Assembly (NCBI GenBank): GCA_019117045.1
Contig: DXAN01000023.1
Coordinates: forward strand, 127,527-191,526
Length of the DNA stretch: 64,000 bases
Reading direction: 5' to 3'
Origin: Candidatus Mailhella merdigallinarum
GTDB taxonomy: Bacteria; Desulfobacterota; Desulfovibrionia; Desulfovibrionales; Desulfovibrionaceae
Position numbers and translations under genes: made by a program. The notes below the pieces were generated by a model. The model did not search any database, was not told the DNA's origin, and was given only the letters and a program-made list of their open reading frames with translations. Positions 19,604 through 29,992 of the stretch are shown piece by piece; position 1 is the first letter of the stretch, and each line of letters begins with the position of its first letter.

Positions 19604-20481
19604 AATTGAACAGCCTTTACCTCCGAGAGCATGCTCAGGGAATGACAGGCAAAAGCTCGAACCGGCTTTTAAACACTCTGGTCAGGCCACAGCGTAAAAC
19701 GCCGCGAAAACTCAAGCCCCGCAGCATGAAGCCATCATTATACCGGGCAAGGGGTCCAAAGCGGCACCGCAGTAAAAAATTTACCTGGTGTTTTATGTAG
19801 TTAGCCAGAGAGTGGGTCCGAAGGACTACCTCTCCCCTTCGGCACCAACAAAAAAATTCAAGAAAGCCCAAGGGCCGAAATCACTAAACGTGATTTCGGC
19901 CTTCTCTTTTCGCCCATCAAAACAAGTACTCGGCAAGATGCAAAAATTTTCTGGTGTCGGAGGGTTATCGTAACCTGAATGATACAGGATGTTATGAAAC
20001 GCGGTTTGAATCCGGCGATGGCTTATAACAAGCATGCGATAGCTACTTCTTTTACACCTTCCGAGGCAAGAGCAAAACATTTGCAGCCTTGTGCGCCGTT
20101 GTGACTACCGCCTCAGAAGACGCTGTTTTCAACCGGTACTCGCTCATCACCAAGAAGATACTCTAGCGAAGGGAGAACTGCCCGCCACTTCTATATAAAG
20201 CCGTTTGTCCTCATGTGTAACCGTGCGCTATGCCGGATTTGTCCACACTCAATGGGCAGTCCGCCGGCAAGCACGCCTAAACCGGATTGGTTCGGGCAGA
20301 ACTGAACCAGGGCAGCGCATGATTTTGCCTTTTTGCCGGATAGGATATAATATAAGAATAGTTTTTCTATTGGATAAAACCCCATGCGCCGGAAAAGGAA
20401 GGCATACGTACCCAAAATTTTCCTGGCAGCGAGGTTGCAATTAGATTGTAAGATAGGCGATACTGTTTTCGGAGATAGAGC

Positions 20482-23400
20482 ATGGCGTCCAACTTTGCGT
20501 TTCTGTGCGAAAAATTCCCGGAGCTGGCGGAACTCGGCATGCAGGCCGAACACTATCTGCGTTCGGATCCGCAGTCCTGCCTGATGAAGGCGGGGCTGCT
20601 GTGCGAAGGCATGATCCGGGTCATGATTGCTCAGGACGACATTACCTTACCCGAACGTTGTGATGCGGTGGAGCGTATCAACATTCTCCAGCGGCGCGAG
20701 GCGCTTCCCTCGGATGTTGCCGCCGCCTTCCATCTGGTCCGCCGGGCTCGGAACAAGGCCGCCCATGAAGGGCTGAATCTGCCCGAAGAAAAGATACTGT
20801 TCTTTTTGCAGATCACGCACAGTCTGTGCGGGTGGTTTTTTCAGACCTACGGCGATGAATCCTACCAGCAACAGGACTTTGTGGCGCCTCATGACGCCGA
20901 AAGCTCCGGGCCGTCTCCATCCGAATCAAAAGTGGAAGCCGGACAGGAAAACGCGCTGGCGGATCAGGCGGTTTCCCGCGCCGCGCAGGCATCCGCCGTG
21001 CCGGAAGACATCCGCCGCAAACGCGCCGCCGTTGCCGCGGGCAAACGCCGTGTGTCTGAGGCTGAAACCCGGTATCTCATTGACGAACAACTCAGAAAAG
21101 TGGGTTGGGAGGCGGATTCCGAAACCCTGCGCCATTCCCTCGGCATACGACCGCAAGCCGGGCGGAATCTGGCTATAGCCGAATGGCCCACGGATTCCTC
21201 TGTGGGCAACAGGGGCTTTGCCGACTACGCCCTGTTTGCTGGCACGCGGCTGGTGGGCATCATTGAGGCCAAGGCCATGCACAAGGACATTCCCGCTGTG
21301 CTCGACCATCAGTGCAAGGACTACGCCCGCCATATCCGCAAGGAGCATCATGCCCACACCATAGGCGAATGGCGCGGTTTCCGCGTGCCCTTTCTCTTTG
21401 CCGCCAACGGCAGGCCCTACATCAGGCAATACGAGGAAAAATCCGGCATCTGGTTTCAGGATGTGCGCAATGCGTCCAACGCGCCGCAGGCCCTGCACGG
21501 CTGGATGAGTCCTACCGGGCTGGAAGAGCTTCTGGAGCGCGATATTCCCCGAGGCAACCAGCGCCTTGAAACCATGTCCGCCGACTTTCTTACCGATAAA
21601 AACGGGCTCAATCTGCGTGAATACCAGCTCCGCGCCGTCGAGGCGGCCGAACGGGCCGTGAAAAACGGCGCGCAAACGGTTCTGCTGGCCATGGCAACGG
21701 GTACGGGCAAAACCCGGACCGTGCTGGGCATGATGTACCGCTTTTTGAAAAGCGGACGCTTCCGCCGCATCCTGTTCCTTGTGGATCGCAACGCCCTGGG
21801 CACACAGGCCCTTGACGTATTCAAGGATGTGAAGCTGGAGGAACTGCATCCCCTGGACGAAATCTACGCCGTCAACGGGCTGACGGATAAGACCATCGAC
21901 AGGGAAACCCGCGTCCACGTCGCCACCGTGCAGGGCATGGTCAAACGTATTCTGTACAGCGAAGGCAGCGAATCCATGCCCGCGGTCACCGACTATGATC
22001 TGATTATCGTTGATGAAGCGCACCGGGGTTATATCCTTGACCGGGAAATGACCGACGACGAGCAGTTGTACCGCGACCAGCGCGACTACCAGAGCAAATA
22101 CCGGGAGGTTATTGACTATTTTCAGGCGGTCAAAATCGCTCTGACGGCCACGCCTGCGCTCCACACCACGGAAATTTTCGGCCCCCCCGTGTTCACCTAC
22201 CTCTACCGGGAGGCGGTTATTGACGGATTTCTGGTGGACCATGACGCGCCGCACCAGCTCAGCACTGTTCTCAGTGAACAGGGCATTCACTACAAGCCCG
22301 GCGATACCGTGGCTCTCTATGATCCTGTTACCGGCGAAGTCACCAACAGCGAGCAGTTGGAAGACGAGCTTGATTTTGATGTGGACAACTTCAACAAGAC
22401 CGTTATCAATGAGAATTTCAATCGCGAGATTCTGCGGGAAATAGCCAAAGACATTGATCCCGAGGATGCTTCCTCCGGCAAAACTCTCATTTATGCCGTC
22501 AATGACCATCACGCGGATATGATCGTCCGCATCCTCAAGGAGATTTATGCCGAGGAACTGGTGGATACGGATGCCGTCATGAAAATCACCGGCAGCATCG
22601 GTAACCGCAAGAACATTGATGAGGCCATACGTCGTTTCAAGAATGAAAGCCTCCCCAGCATTGTGGTGACGGTGGATCTGCTCACCACCGGCATTGACGT
22701 GCCCGAAATCACCCGCCTCGTTTTCCTGCGCCGGGTAAAGTCCCGCATCCTGTATGAACAGATGCTGGGTCGCGCCACCAGGCTCTGTCCGGACATCGGG
22801 AAAGACCATTTTGAAGTATATGACGCTGTGGGGCTGTACTCGGTCCTTGAGCCGCTCACTTCCATGAAGCCTGTGGTCAGCAACCCGGCGGCCACTTTTT
22901 CCCAACTTCTGGACGGGCTGGAGGCAATGGAGGAGCCTGCGCAGATCCTGAACCAGATCAACCAGATTATTGCCAAACTGCAACGCCGCAAGCGTTCCAT
23001 GACGGAGGAACTCAGGCAGCACTTTGCCGATATGGCCGGTGACACGCCCGATGCTTTCATCGAGCGCGTGCAGGATTTGCGCCCGCGTGAGGCAAAGGCC
23101 CTGTTGCTGTCCAAACGCGACCTGTTTGAGCTTATCCAGAATGAAGGCTCTCCAGGCCGCCGCCCCATTGTTCTTTCCGACACGCCGGATGCGCTCACCG
23201 GTCATACGCGGGGGTACGGCAAGGATAATCTTCGCCCCGGCGACTATCTGGAATCCTTTGCCCGCTTTGTGCGGGAACAACGCAACGAGATAGCGGCCCT
23301 GAACATCATCTGCACGCGCCCGGCCGACCTCAGTCGCGCAAGCCTCAAGAGTCTGCGTCTGGCTCTGGGACGGGAGGGCTTTACCCTCCGGCAGCTCAAC

Positions 23401-23751
23401 TCCGCCCTTTCTCACACGAGCAATAAGGATATTGCCGCCGACATCATCAGTTTTATCCGCCGTTACGGCATCAACGCCGAACTTCTGGGGCACGAGGAGC
23501 GCATCCGCCGCGCCGTGGCCCGGCTGAAGCAGGCGCACAACTTTTCTAGGACCGAAGAAAAATGGATCGACCGCATGGAAAAATACCTGCTCAACGAGTC
23601 CGTACTGTCAGTCCATACCTTTGACGAAAGCGTCATCTTCCGGGAGAAAGGCGGCTTTGCCGCGCTGAACAAACTGTTCAACAATCAGCTGGAAAGCATT
23701 GTGACTGAATTGAATACCTATCTGTATGACGACGGGGGCCTTGCCGCATGA
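20482..23751 (+). CDS. hsdR: type I restriction enzyme R subunit (second system), with N-terminal DUF4145-like domain
   Basis: PD-(D/E)xK region (GFADYALF...VGIIEAKA), helicase motifs LLAMATGTGKTRT and IIVDEAHRG. 1089 aa. Confidence 0.9.
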   Translation: MASNFAFLCEKFPELAELGMQAEHYLRSDPQSCLMKAGLLCEGMIRVMIAQDDITLPERCDAVERINILQRREALPSDVAAAFHLVRRARNKAAHEGLNLPEEKILFFLQITHSLCGWFFQTYGDESYQQQDFVAPHDAESSGPSPSESKVEAGQENALADQAVSRAAQASAVPEDIRRKRAAVAAGKRRVSEAETRYLIDEQLRKVGWEADSETLRHSLGIRPQAGRNLAIAEWPTDSSVGNRGFADYALFAGTRLVGIIEAKAMHKDIPAVLDHQCKDYARHIRKEHHAHTIGEWRGFRVPFLFAANGRPYIRQYEEKSGIWFQDVRNASNAPQALHGWMSPTGLEELLERDIPRGNQRLETMSADFLTDKNGLNLREYQLRAVEAAERAVKNGAQTVLLAMATGTGKTRTVLGMMYRFLKSGRFRRILFLVDRNALGTQALDVFKDVKLEELHPLDEIYAVNGLTDKTIDRETRVHVATVQGMVKRILYSEGSESMPAVTDYDLIIVDEAHRGYILDREMTDDEQLYRDQRDYQSKYREVIDYFQAVKIALTATPALHTTEIFGPPVFTYLYREAVIDGFLVDHDAPHQLSTVLSEQGIHYKPGDTVALYDPVTGEVTNSEQLEDELDFDVDNFNKTVINENFNREILREIAKDIDPEDASSGKTLIYAVNDHHADMIVRILKEIYAEELVDTDAVMKITGSIGNRKNIDEAIRRFKNESLPSIVVTVDLLTTGIDVPEITRLVFLRRVKSRILYEQMLGRATRLCPDIGKDHFEVYDAVGLYSVLEPLTSMKPVVSNPAATFSQLLDGLEAMEEPAQILNQINQIIAKLQRRKRSMTEELRQHFADMAGDTPDAFIERVQDLRPREAKALLLSKRDLFELIQNEGSPGRRPIVLSDTPDALTGHTRGYGKDNLRPGDYLESFARFVREQRNEIAALNIICTRPADLSRASLKSLRLALGREGFTLRQLNSALSHTSNKDIAADIISFIRRYGINAELLGHEERIRRAVARLKQAHNFSRTEEKWIDRMEKYLLNESVLSVHTFDESVIFREKGGFAALNKLFNNQLESIVTELNTYLYDDGGLAA

Positions 23752-25166
23752 CCACACGGGAAATTGTCGCCAAACTGTGGAACCTCTGCAATGTCCTGCG
23801 GGATGACGGCATCACCTACCACCAGTATGTGACCGAGCTGACCTATATCCTGTTCCTGAAAATGGCCAAGGAAACCGGCACGGAAACAGTCATACCCGAA
23901 ACCTGCCGCTGGGACACGCTGGCCGTCAAAAGCGGTATTGAACTGAAACACGCTTACAAGCAAATCCTGGCCGAGTTGAGTGAAGACAGCACGGGCCGGG
24001 TGCGGGAGATTTATCAGGGCGCGGTATCCAACATCGACGAACCAAAAAATCTGGAAAAGATTATTTCCAGCATCAATGCCCTGGACTGGTATTCCGCGCG
24101 GGAAGAGGGCCTGGGCAACCTGTATGAAGGTCTGCTGGAAAAAAATGCCAATGAGAAAAAATCCGGCGCGGGCCAGTATTTCACGCCGCGCGTGCTCATT
24201 GATGTGATGGTTCGTCTCATGAAGCCCCGGGTCGGAGAACTGTGCAACGATCCGGCCTGCGGCACCTTTGGTTTCATGATTGCCGCCGACCGTTACCTGA
24301 AGAATCAGACCGACGAGTATTTTGATCTGGACGAGGAGCAGGCTATCTTTCAGAAACAAAAAGCCTTTACCGGCTGTGAGCTGGTGCACGATACGCATCG
24401 CCTGGCCCTGATGAACGCCATGCTGCACGGCATTGAAGGGGAAATTCTGCTGGCCGATACCCTGTCCACGGCGGGCAAATCTCTGAAAGGCTATGATCTG
24501 GTGCTCACTAATCCGCCCTTTGGCACCAAGAAGGGCGGCGAACGAGCCACCCGTGACGATTTTGCCTTTGCCACCAGCAACAAGCAGTTGAATTTCTTGC
24601 AGCATATTTACCGCAGCCTCAAGCGCGGCGGTCGGGCCGCCGTGGTGCTGCCGGATAACGTGCTTTTTGCCGACGGCGACGGCGGCCGCATCCGCGCCGA
24701 TCTCATGGACAAATGCGACCTGCATACGGTGTTGCGCCTGCCCACGGGCATTTTCTATGCTCAGGGCGTCAAAACCAACGTGCTGTTTTTCGCGCGCGGC
24801 CAGAGCGACAAGGGCAATACCAAAGAGGTTTGGTTTTACGACCTGCGTACCAACATGCCCTCTTTCGGCAAAACCACCCCGCTAAAAAAGGAACATTTCG
24901 CGGGTTTTGAGACCGCCTATGAGGCCGAAGACCGCCGCGCGGTGCGGGACGAACGCTGGTGCGTGTTCACCCGCGAGGCGATACAGGCAAGGGCGGACAG
25001 CCTTGACCTTGGCCTGATCCGGGATGAATCCCTTTTGGAATATGACGATTTGCCCGACCCCATCGACAGCGGCGAAGAATGCATCGCCCAGCTTGAAGAG
25101 GCTGTGGACCTCATGAAAAGCGTGGTACGGGAACTGCAAAGCCTGACCCGTGGGGAGGCGGACTGA
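23748..25166 (+). CDS. hsdM: type I R-M DNA methyltransferase subunit (second system)
   Basis: HsdM N-terminal domain, motifs DPACGTFGF and LTNPPFG; overlaps the hsdR stop. Confidence 0.9.
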   Translation: MTTREIVAKLWNLCNVLRDDGITYHQYVTELTYILFLKMAKETGTETVIPETCRWDTLAVKSGIELKHAYKQILAELSEDSTGRVREIYQGAVSNIDEPKNLEKIISSINALDWYSAREEGLGNLYEGLLEKNANEKKSGAGQYFTPRVLIDVMVRLMKPRVGELCNDPACGTFGFMIAADRYLKNQTDEYFDLDEEQAIFQKQKAFTGCELVHDTHRLALMNAMLHGIEGEILLADTLSTAGKSLKGYDLVLTNPPFGTKKGGERATRDDFAFATSNKQLNFLQHIYRSLKRGGRAAVVLPDNVLFADGDGGRIRADLMDKCDLHTVLRLPTGIFYAQGVKTNVLFFARGQSDKGNTKEVWFYDLRTNMPSFGKTTPLKKEHFAGFETAYEAEDRRAVRDERWCVFTREAIQARADSLDLGLIRDESLLEYDDLPDPIDSGEECIAQLEEAVDLMKSVVRELQSLTRGEAD

Positions 25167-25167
25167 T

Positions 25168-26511
25168 ATGGCTCGTCCGCGCAAGAACGCCGCCAGGGCG
25201 CAGGATTCTCTGCTGACACCGGATGAAGTGGCCCAGATTCCCGTGGAGGAACAACCGTACCCTTTGCCGGAAGGATGGAAGTGGGTGCGATTGGGAGATG
25301 CAGCTGAAATTGTAATGGGACAATCGCCTTCTGGTGCAGATACTACAGATGATAGCTCATATACACCCCTCATCGGTGGAGCATCAGACATGGGACAACT
25401 TTACCCAGAAGCAACAAAATACACGAAACGTCCCACCAAATTATCGGATAAAAATGATATTATTGTTTGCATACGTGCCACTTTGGGACGTCCTGTTTTC
25501 TCAAATGGAGAATATTGCCTGGGGCGTGGCGTTGCCGCCATTCGTTCCAACAAAATTTTCAATCAATTTACACGCTTTTTATTTATAAACTTTGAGCAAT
25601 ATCTTTACGATAACGCTACAGGAACTACGTTTGCGCAGGTCAACAGTGATACTCTAAACAAAATGCCCATTCCTTTACCTCCTTTTGACGAACAACAACG
25701 CATCGTTGACCGCATCGAATCCCTCTTTGCCAAGCTGGATGAAGCCAAATCAAAAGCCGAAGCCGTGCTTGACGGCTTTGAGATTCGTAAGGCCGCTATC
25801 CTGCACAAGGCGTTTACGGGGGAGTTGACAGCAAAGTGGAGGGAGATACGAGGCATTAAAAAAGAGAACAATGCAGTAAAAATCAAAGACATTCTTTCTG
25901 ATATAAAATACGGCACTTCTGAAAAAAGTGATTACACATATACTGGATTGCCAGTGATACGCATCCCCAATATTACTGGTAGTAGCGTTGATTTAGAAGA
26001 TCTTAAATTTTTAAAGTCCTCAAAATCTTCTGATTATGATCTTGTTGAGCGAAATGATATCCTTATGATTCGTTCAAATGGAAGCAGGGAACTGGTTGGC
26101 AAGTGCGCTCTTGTGGATGAGGCAATAGTCGGAAAGGCTTATGCCTCTTTTCTAATCCGCCTTCGCCCTAATCCAACAATCAATCCAAAATATCTTTTGG
26201 GCTTTCTGAATTCTTCCTTAGCTAGAAATCAACTTTTTGCCAAGGCAAAGTCTTCAGCTGGAATCCATAATATCAACTCAAAAGAAATATGTTCCGTTGA
26301 TATTTGGCTCCCTGACAAGAAAGAACAACAGGAAATTGTCCGCATCCTTGATAATCTTCTTGCGAAGGAACGGCACATCCGAGAAGCCGCCGAAAATGTG
26401 TTGAGCCAGATCGGCCTGATGAAAAAGGCCATTCTGGCCAGGGCGTTTCGGGGGGAGTTGGGGACGCATGGTTCTGCGAGAGACACTCTACAGAACAACG
26501 GAAGCATGTAA
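25168..26511 (+). CDS. hsdS: type I R-M specificity subunit (second system)
   Basis: Start MARPRKN at ATG 25168. Two variable TRDs are separated by a conserved helix (IESLFAKLDEAKSKAEAVLDGFE) and a C-terminal repeat (LDNLLAKERHIRE). Confidence 0.85.
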   Translation: MARPRKNAARAQDSLLTPDEVAQIPVEEQPYPLPEGWKWVRLGDAAEIVMGQSPSGADTTDDSSYTPLIGGASDMGQLYPEATKYTKRPTKLSDKNDIIVCIRATLGRPVFSNGEYCLGRGVAAIRSNKIFNQFTRFLFINFEQYLYDNATGTTFAQVNSDTLNKMPIPLPPFDEQQRIVDRIESLFAKLDEAKSKAEAVLDGFEIRKAAILHKAFTGELTAKWREIRGIKKENNAVKIKDILSDIKYGTSEKSDYTYTGLPVIRIPNITGSSVDLEDLKFLKSSKSSDYDLVERNDILMIRSNGSRELVGKCALVDEAIVGKAYASFLIRLRPNPTINPKYLLGFLNSSLARNQLFAKAKSSAGIHNINSKEICSVDIWLPDKKEQQEIVRILDNLLAKERHIREAAENVLSQIGLMKKAILARAFRGELGTHGSARDTLQNNGSM

Positions 26512-26565
26512 TCTGGTTACGGCAGGTATCCGGTAAACAAAACATGGATCCAAGGCAGGAATTTC

Positions 26566-27513
26566 ATGAGCGATATTAAACTGTTTCAGTTTTCAGCCGA
26601 TGATGCACATCCTCTGCCAAGCCATACGGCCCCGCTTGAGAAAGAATTGCATAATCTTATGCAGGAGCACATGGAATGTTTTCTTGGCATACGCTTTGTT
26701 GCCAGTGAATACAGCACGGGCAAAAATCATGGCGGCCGCATAGATTCCCTTGGGCTGGATGAAAATAATTGCCCGGTCATTCTGGAATATAAACGCCAAA
26801 AGAATGAAAATGTCATCAATCAGGGCCTTTACTATCTGGACTGGCTGCTTGACCATCGGGCGGAATTCAAATTGCTGGTTCTGGATCGTTTCGGCAAAGA
26901 AATTGCCGACGCCATAGAATGGACCGGTACGCGCGTACTGTGCATCGCCGGAGACTTTACCAAATTTGATGAACACGCGGTGGCGCAGATCGGGCGCAAT
27001 ATTGAGTTAATCCGCTATAAATATTTTGGAGACGATCTGCTGATGCTGGAATGGATAAATCCGGTGCAAACCGCCCCGTCCTCCGGCGCGTCAGGCCAAA
27101 GCCTCCAGCCAGCTTTCCCCACAGAACTTGTTGCCGCCGACCTGCCCCCCTCCCCTAAAACTAGAAGCAGCGTAGCCGACCAGCTTGCCGGCATGTCCGA
27201 AGAACAACGTGTCCTGTACGATGAACTGTGCGGTTTTATCCTTTCCTTGGGCGATGATATTAATGTAAAAGAATTACAATTGTATGTTGCTTTTACTCGC
27301 CTGAAAAACTTTGTCTGTCTCCGCCCTATGCACGGCTGGTTCAAGCTCTGGCTTCATCTTGACCCGGATAGTATGACGCTGGAAAAGAATTTCAGCCGCG
27401 ATGTACGAAATAAAGGCCACTGGGGAACAGGCGAGCTGGAACTTTCCCTGCATAGCATGGACGATTTGACCAAAGCCAAACCCTTGATTGAGCGCGCCTA
27501 TCAAGAAAGTTAA
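26566..27513 (+). CDS. hypothetical protein with PD-(D/E)xK nuclease-like N-terminal motif (DUF91/NucS-like) and an uncharacterised C-terminal domain
   Basis: GRIDSLGLDENNCPVILEYKRQ resembles a D...(D/E)xK restriction-endonuclease-fold core. The gene lies directly downstream of hsdS, a position often held by R-M-associated accessory genes. Confidence 0.4.
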   Translation: MSDIKLFQFSADDAHPLPSHTAPLEKELHNLMQEHMECFLGIRFVASEYSTGKNHGGRIDSLGLDENNCPVILEYKRQKNENVINQGLYYLDWLLDHRAEFKLLVLDRFGKEIADAIEWTGTRVLCIAGDFTKFDEHAVAQIGRNIELIRYKYFGDDLLMLEWINPVQTAPSSGASGQSLQPAFPTELVAADLPPSPKTRSSVADQLAGMSEEQRVLYDELCGFILSLGDDINVKELQLYVAFTRLKNFVCLRPMHGWFKLWLHLDPDSMTLEKNFSRDVRNKGHWGTGELELSLHSMDDLTKAKPLIERAYQES

Positions 27514-27630
27514 ATTTCAAATGGAAGAATTACCCACTCATATCGAGCATTATCCGGCAACATTGCAGGATAAACACTGGCTTACCGTGGATGATGTGAT
27601 AGAGGCGGCGAACAGTTCAAGCAAAATGCT

Positions 27631-28908
27631 CTAAATGTTTCGCAATGCTTGCTCCAAGTCGGCAATAATATCATCTTTATGCTCAATGCCGACGGACAGC
27701 CGCACCAGTTCGGGGCGCAACCCGGCCGCGCGTTGTTGTTCCTCGCTTAATTGGGAATGGGTGGTGCTGCCCGGATGGATCACCAGGCTTTTGGCGTCAC
27801 CCACATTGGCCAGGTGCGAAAAAAGCCGCAATCCGTCCACAAACCGTTGCCCCGCCGCTTTGCCGCCTTTGACGCCGAATACCACCATTCCGCCCGCCCC
27901 TCGCGTCAGATAGCGGAGGGCCAATTCAAAAGAGGGGTCACCTTCCAGTGCGGGGTAACGCACCCAATCCACGGCAGGATGTCCCCTCAAAAAGCGGGCC
28001 ACGGCCAGCGCGTTTTCGCAATGGCGTTCCATACGCAGGTGCAGCGTTTCCAAGCCCTGCAAAAACATCCAGGCATTGTCGGGCGCCAGGCAGGCTCCCA
28101 GATTGCGCAAGGGCACGGTGCGCAGACGCTGTAGAAAAGGATCGGCCTCCGGAGGCAAATCATGCCCCCAACGCAAGCCATGATATCCGGCATCGGGCTT
28201 GTCATACAGTTCAAAGCGGCCTCCGCCCCACGGGAAGCGACCTCCCGACACCACTATGCCGCCGATGGCCGTGCCGTGGCCGCCTATCCATTTGCTCAGG
28301 GAATGGATGACCACATCCGCCCCGTGCTCCAACGGGCGCAGCAGAAAAGGCGTGGCGAAAGTGGCGTCCACCAGCAGGGGGAGGCCGTGCTCATGGGCCA
28401 AGTCCGCCGTCCGTTTCAGATCGGCCACATCCAGACCAGGGTTGCCGATGGCCTCCACGTATACAGCGCGCGTGCGCTCATTGATGGCCGCGCGCATCGC
28501 TTCAAAATCATTGATCCCTGTGAAATGAGTGATGATGCCGAACTGTGGCAGGATGGCATCCAGCATAGTGTAGGTGCCGCCGTACAAATTGTTCGCGGCC
28601 ACGATTTCGTCGCCCGCTCCCGCCACATTGATCAGGGCGGAAAAAACGGCTGCCGTGCCGGAGGCAAAGGCCACCGCCCCCGTCCCTCCCTCCAGCAAGG
28701 TCATGCGCTCTTCCAGTATGGTCTGGGTGGGGTTGCCCAAACGGGTGTACATATACCCAGGCTCTTCCAAACCGAACAATCGGGCCGCATGGGCCGCGTC
28801 GCGGAACTGATAGGCCGTGGTGCGGTGCACGGGAACGCCGCGGGCCTGGGAAGCCGGGTCGGGAACCTGGCCGCCGTGGACGGCCAGGGTTTCACGATGC
28901 TGATTCAT
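27631..28908 (-). CDS. metY: O-acetylhomoserine sulfhydrylase (PLP-dependent Cys/Met metabolism enzyme)
   Basis: N-terminus MNQHRETLAVHGGQ...TTAYQF and conserved gamma-family motifs throughout. 425 aa. Confidence 0.85.
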   Translation of the reverse strand: MNQHRETLAVHGGQVPDPASQARGVPVHRTTAYQFRDAAHAARLFGLEEPGYMYTRLGNPTQTILEERMTLLEGGTGAVAFASGTAAVFSALINVAGAGDEIVAANNLYGGTYTMLDAILPQFGIITHFTGINDFEAMRAAINERTRAVYVEAIGNPGLDVADLKRTADLAHEHGLPLLVDATFATPFLLRPLEHGADVVIHSLSKWIGGHGTAIGGIVVSGGRFPWGGGRFELYDKPDAGYHGLRWGHDLPPEADPFLQRLRTVPLRNLGACLAPDNAWMFLQGLETLHLRMERHCENALAVARFLRGHPAVDWVRYPALEGDPSFELALRYLTRGAGGMVVFGVKGGKAAGQRFVDGLRLFSHLANVGDAKSLVIHPGSTTHSQLSEEQQRAAGLRPELVRLSVGIEHKDDIIADLEQALRNI

Positions 28909-28960
28909 GCTGCGCTCCTTGGAGGAGAATCCATGTCGCCGGACAAAACCGACAATTTTT

Positions 28961-29902
28961 TCAGACCATGCGCCCGTCGGCGTCCCGATCCAGATTTTGC
29001 AGGCGGTATGGCGTTTCCTGATAAACGTAGTAGTTCAACCAGTTGCTGTAAAAAAGGTGGGCGTGAGCGCGCCAGGTCATGGGCGGCGTCCGTGACGGGT
29101 CGTCACCGGGATAGTAATGGGCGGGCACGTCGGGGTTCAAACCCTTGTCTCGATCCCGTCGGTATTCCCCGTCCAGAGTATCGCGATCGTATTCCAGATG
29201 CCCCGTCATGAACACCTGACTGTGATCCTCGGACTCCACCAAGGTCACCCCCGCCTCATCCGACTCAGCCAGAATAGTCAGCCCTGACGCGGCAGCCACA
29301 TCCCGGGCGAGCACTTGGGTATGCCGGGAATGGGGCGCACGAAACACGTCGTCAAAGCCTCGAAACAGTCGGCAGGAGGGATAAAGCACGCGGTGTTCGA
29401 AAATGCCTGACAATTTGCTCGGAAGCTCGTGCTTGGGCACGCCATAGAAATGGTACAGAGCCGCCTGCGCCGCCCAGCAGATATACAACGTACTGTACAC
29501 ATGCCGCCGTGTGTATTCCATGATGCGCAACAGCTCGCCCCAGTAATCCACGTTCTCGAAGGGCAGATGTTCCACAGGCGCGCCGGTCACCACCATGCCG
29601 TCGAAGGAGCGGTCGCGGATCTCCTCAAAAGTCTGATAGAAACGCTCCAGATGTTGCGCCGGAGTATGAGCCGACACATGCTCGGCGGTACGCAGCAGGG
29701 TAATATTGACCTGCAGGGGAGAATTGCCCAACAAGCGTAAAAGCTGCGTCTCCGTGGAAATTTTGGTGGGCATAAGGTTGACGATTACGATTTCGAGCGG
29801 CCGGATGTCCTGCCGCTCCGCGCGTTCGTCGGTCATCACGAAAATATTTTCGCCGTCAAGCGCTCGATAGGCGGGAAGCTCGGCAGGAATTTTTATCGGC
29901 AT
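28961..29902 (-). CDS. metA: homoserine O-acyltransferase (MetA family)
   Basis: [23 protein letters not shown]...VIVNLMPTK...[10 protein letters not shown], the characteristic MetA/HTS sequence. Confidence 0.85.
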   Translation of the reverse strand: MPIKIPAELPAYRALDGENIFVMTDERAERQDIRPLEIVIVNLMPTKISTETQLLRLLGNSPLQVNITLLRTAEHVSAHTPAQHLERFYQTFEEIRDRSFDGMVVTGAPVEHLPFENVDYWGELLRIMEYTRRHVYSTLYICWAAQAALYHFYGVPKHELPSKLSGIFEHRVLYPSCRLFRGFDDVFRAPHSRHTQVLARDVAAASGLTILAESDEAGVTLVESEDHSQVFMTGHLEYDRDTLDGEYRRDRDKGLNPDVPAHYYPGDDPSRTPPMTWRAHAHLFYSNWLNYYVYQETPYRLQNLDRDADGRMV

Positions 29903-29992
29903 GGGTGTCTTGCCTCAATCTTATTTGTTCAAAAAAGAAGCAAATTTTAAAAAGAGAGTAATCGTTCCGTCAAGAACGACGGCCGGCGCCGC

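Noticed and set aside
20926-23538. 870-aa ORF on the minus strand
   Set aside because: It is fully antisense to the well-supported hsdR of system 2. It is a typical stop-free antisense frame in GC-rich DNA, with no recognisable protein features.
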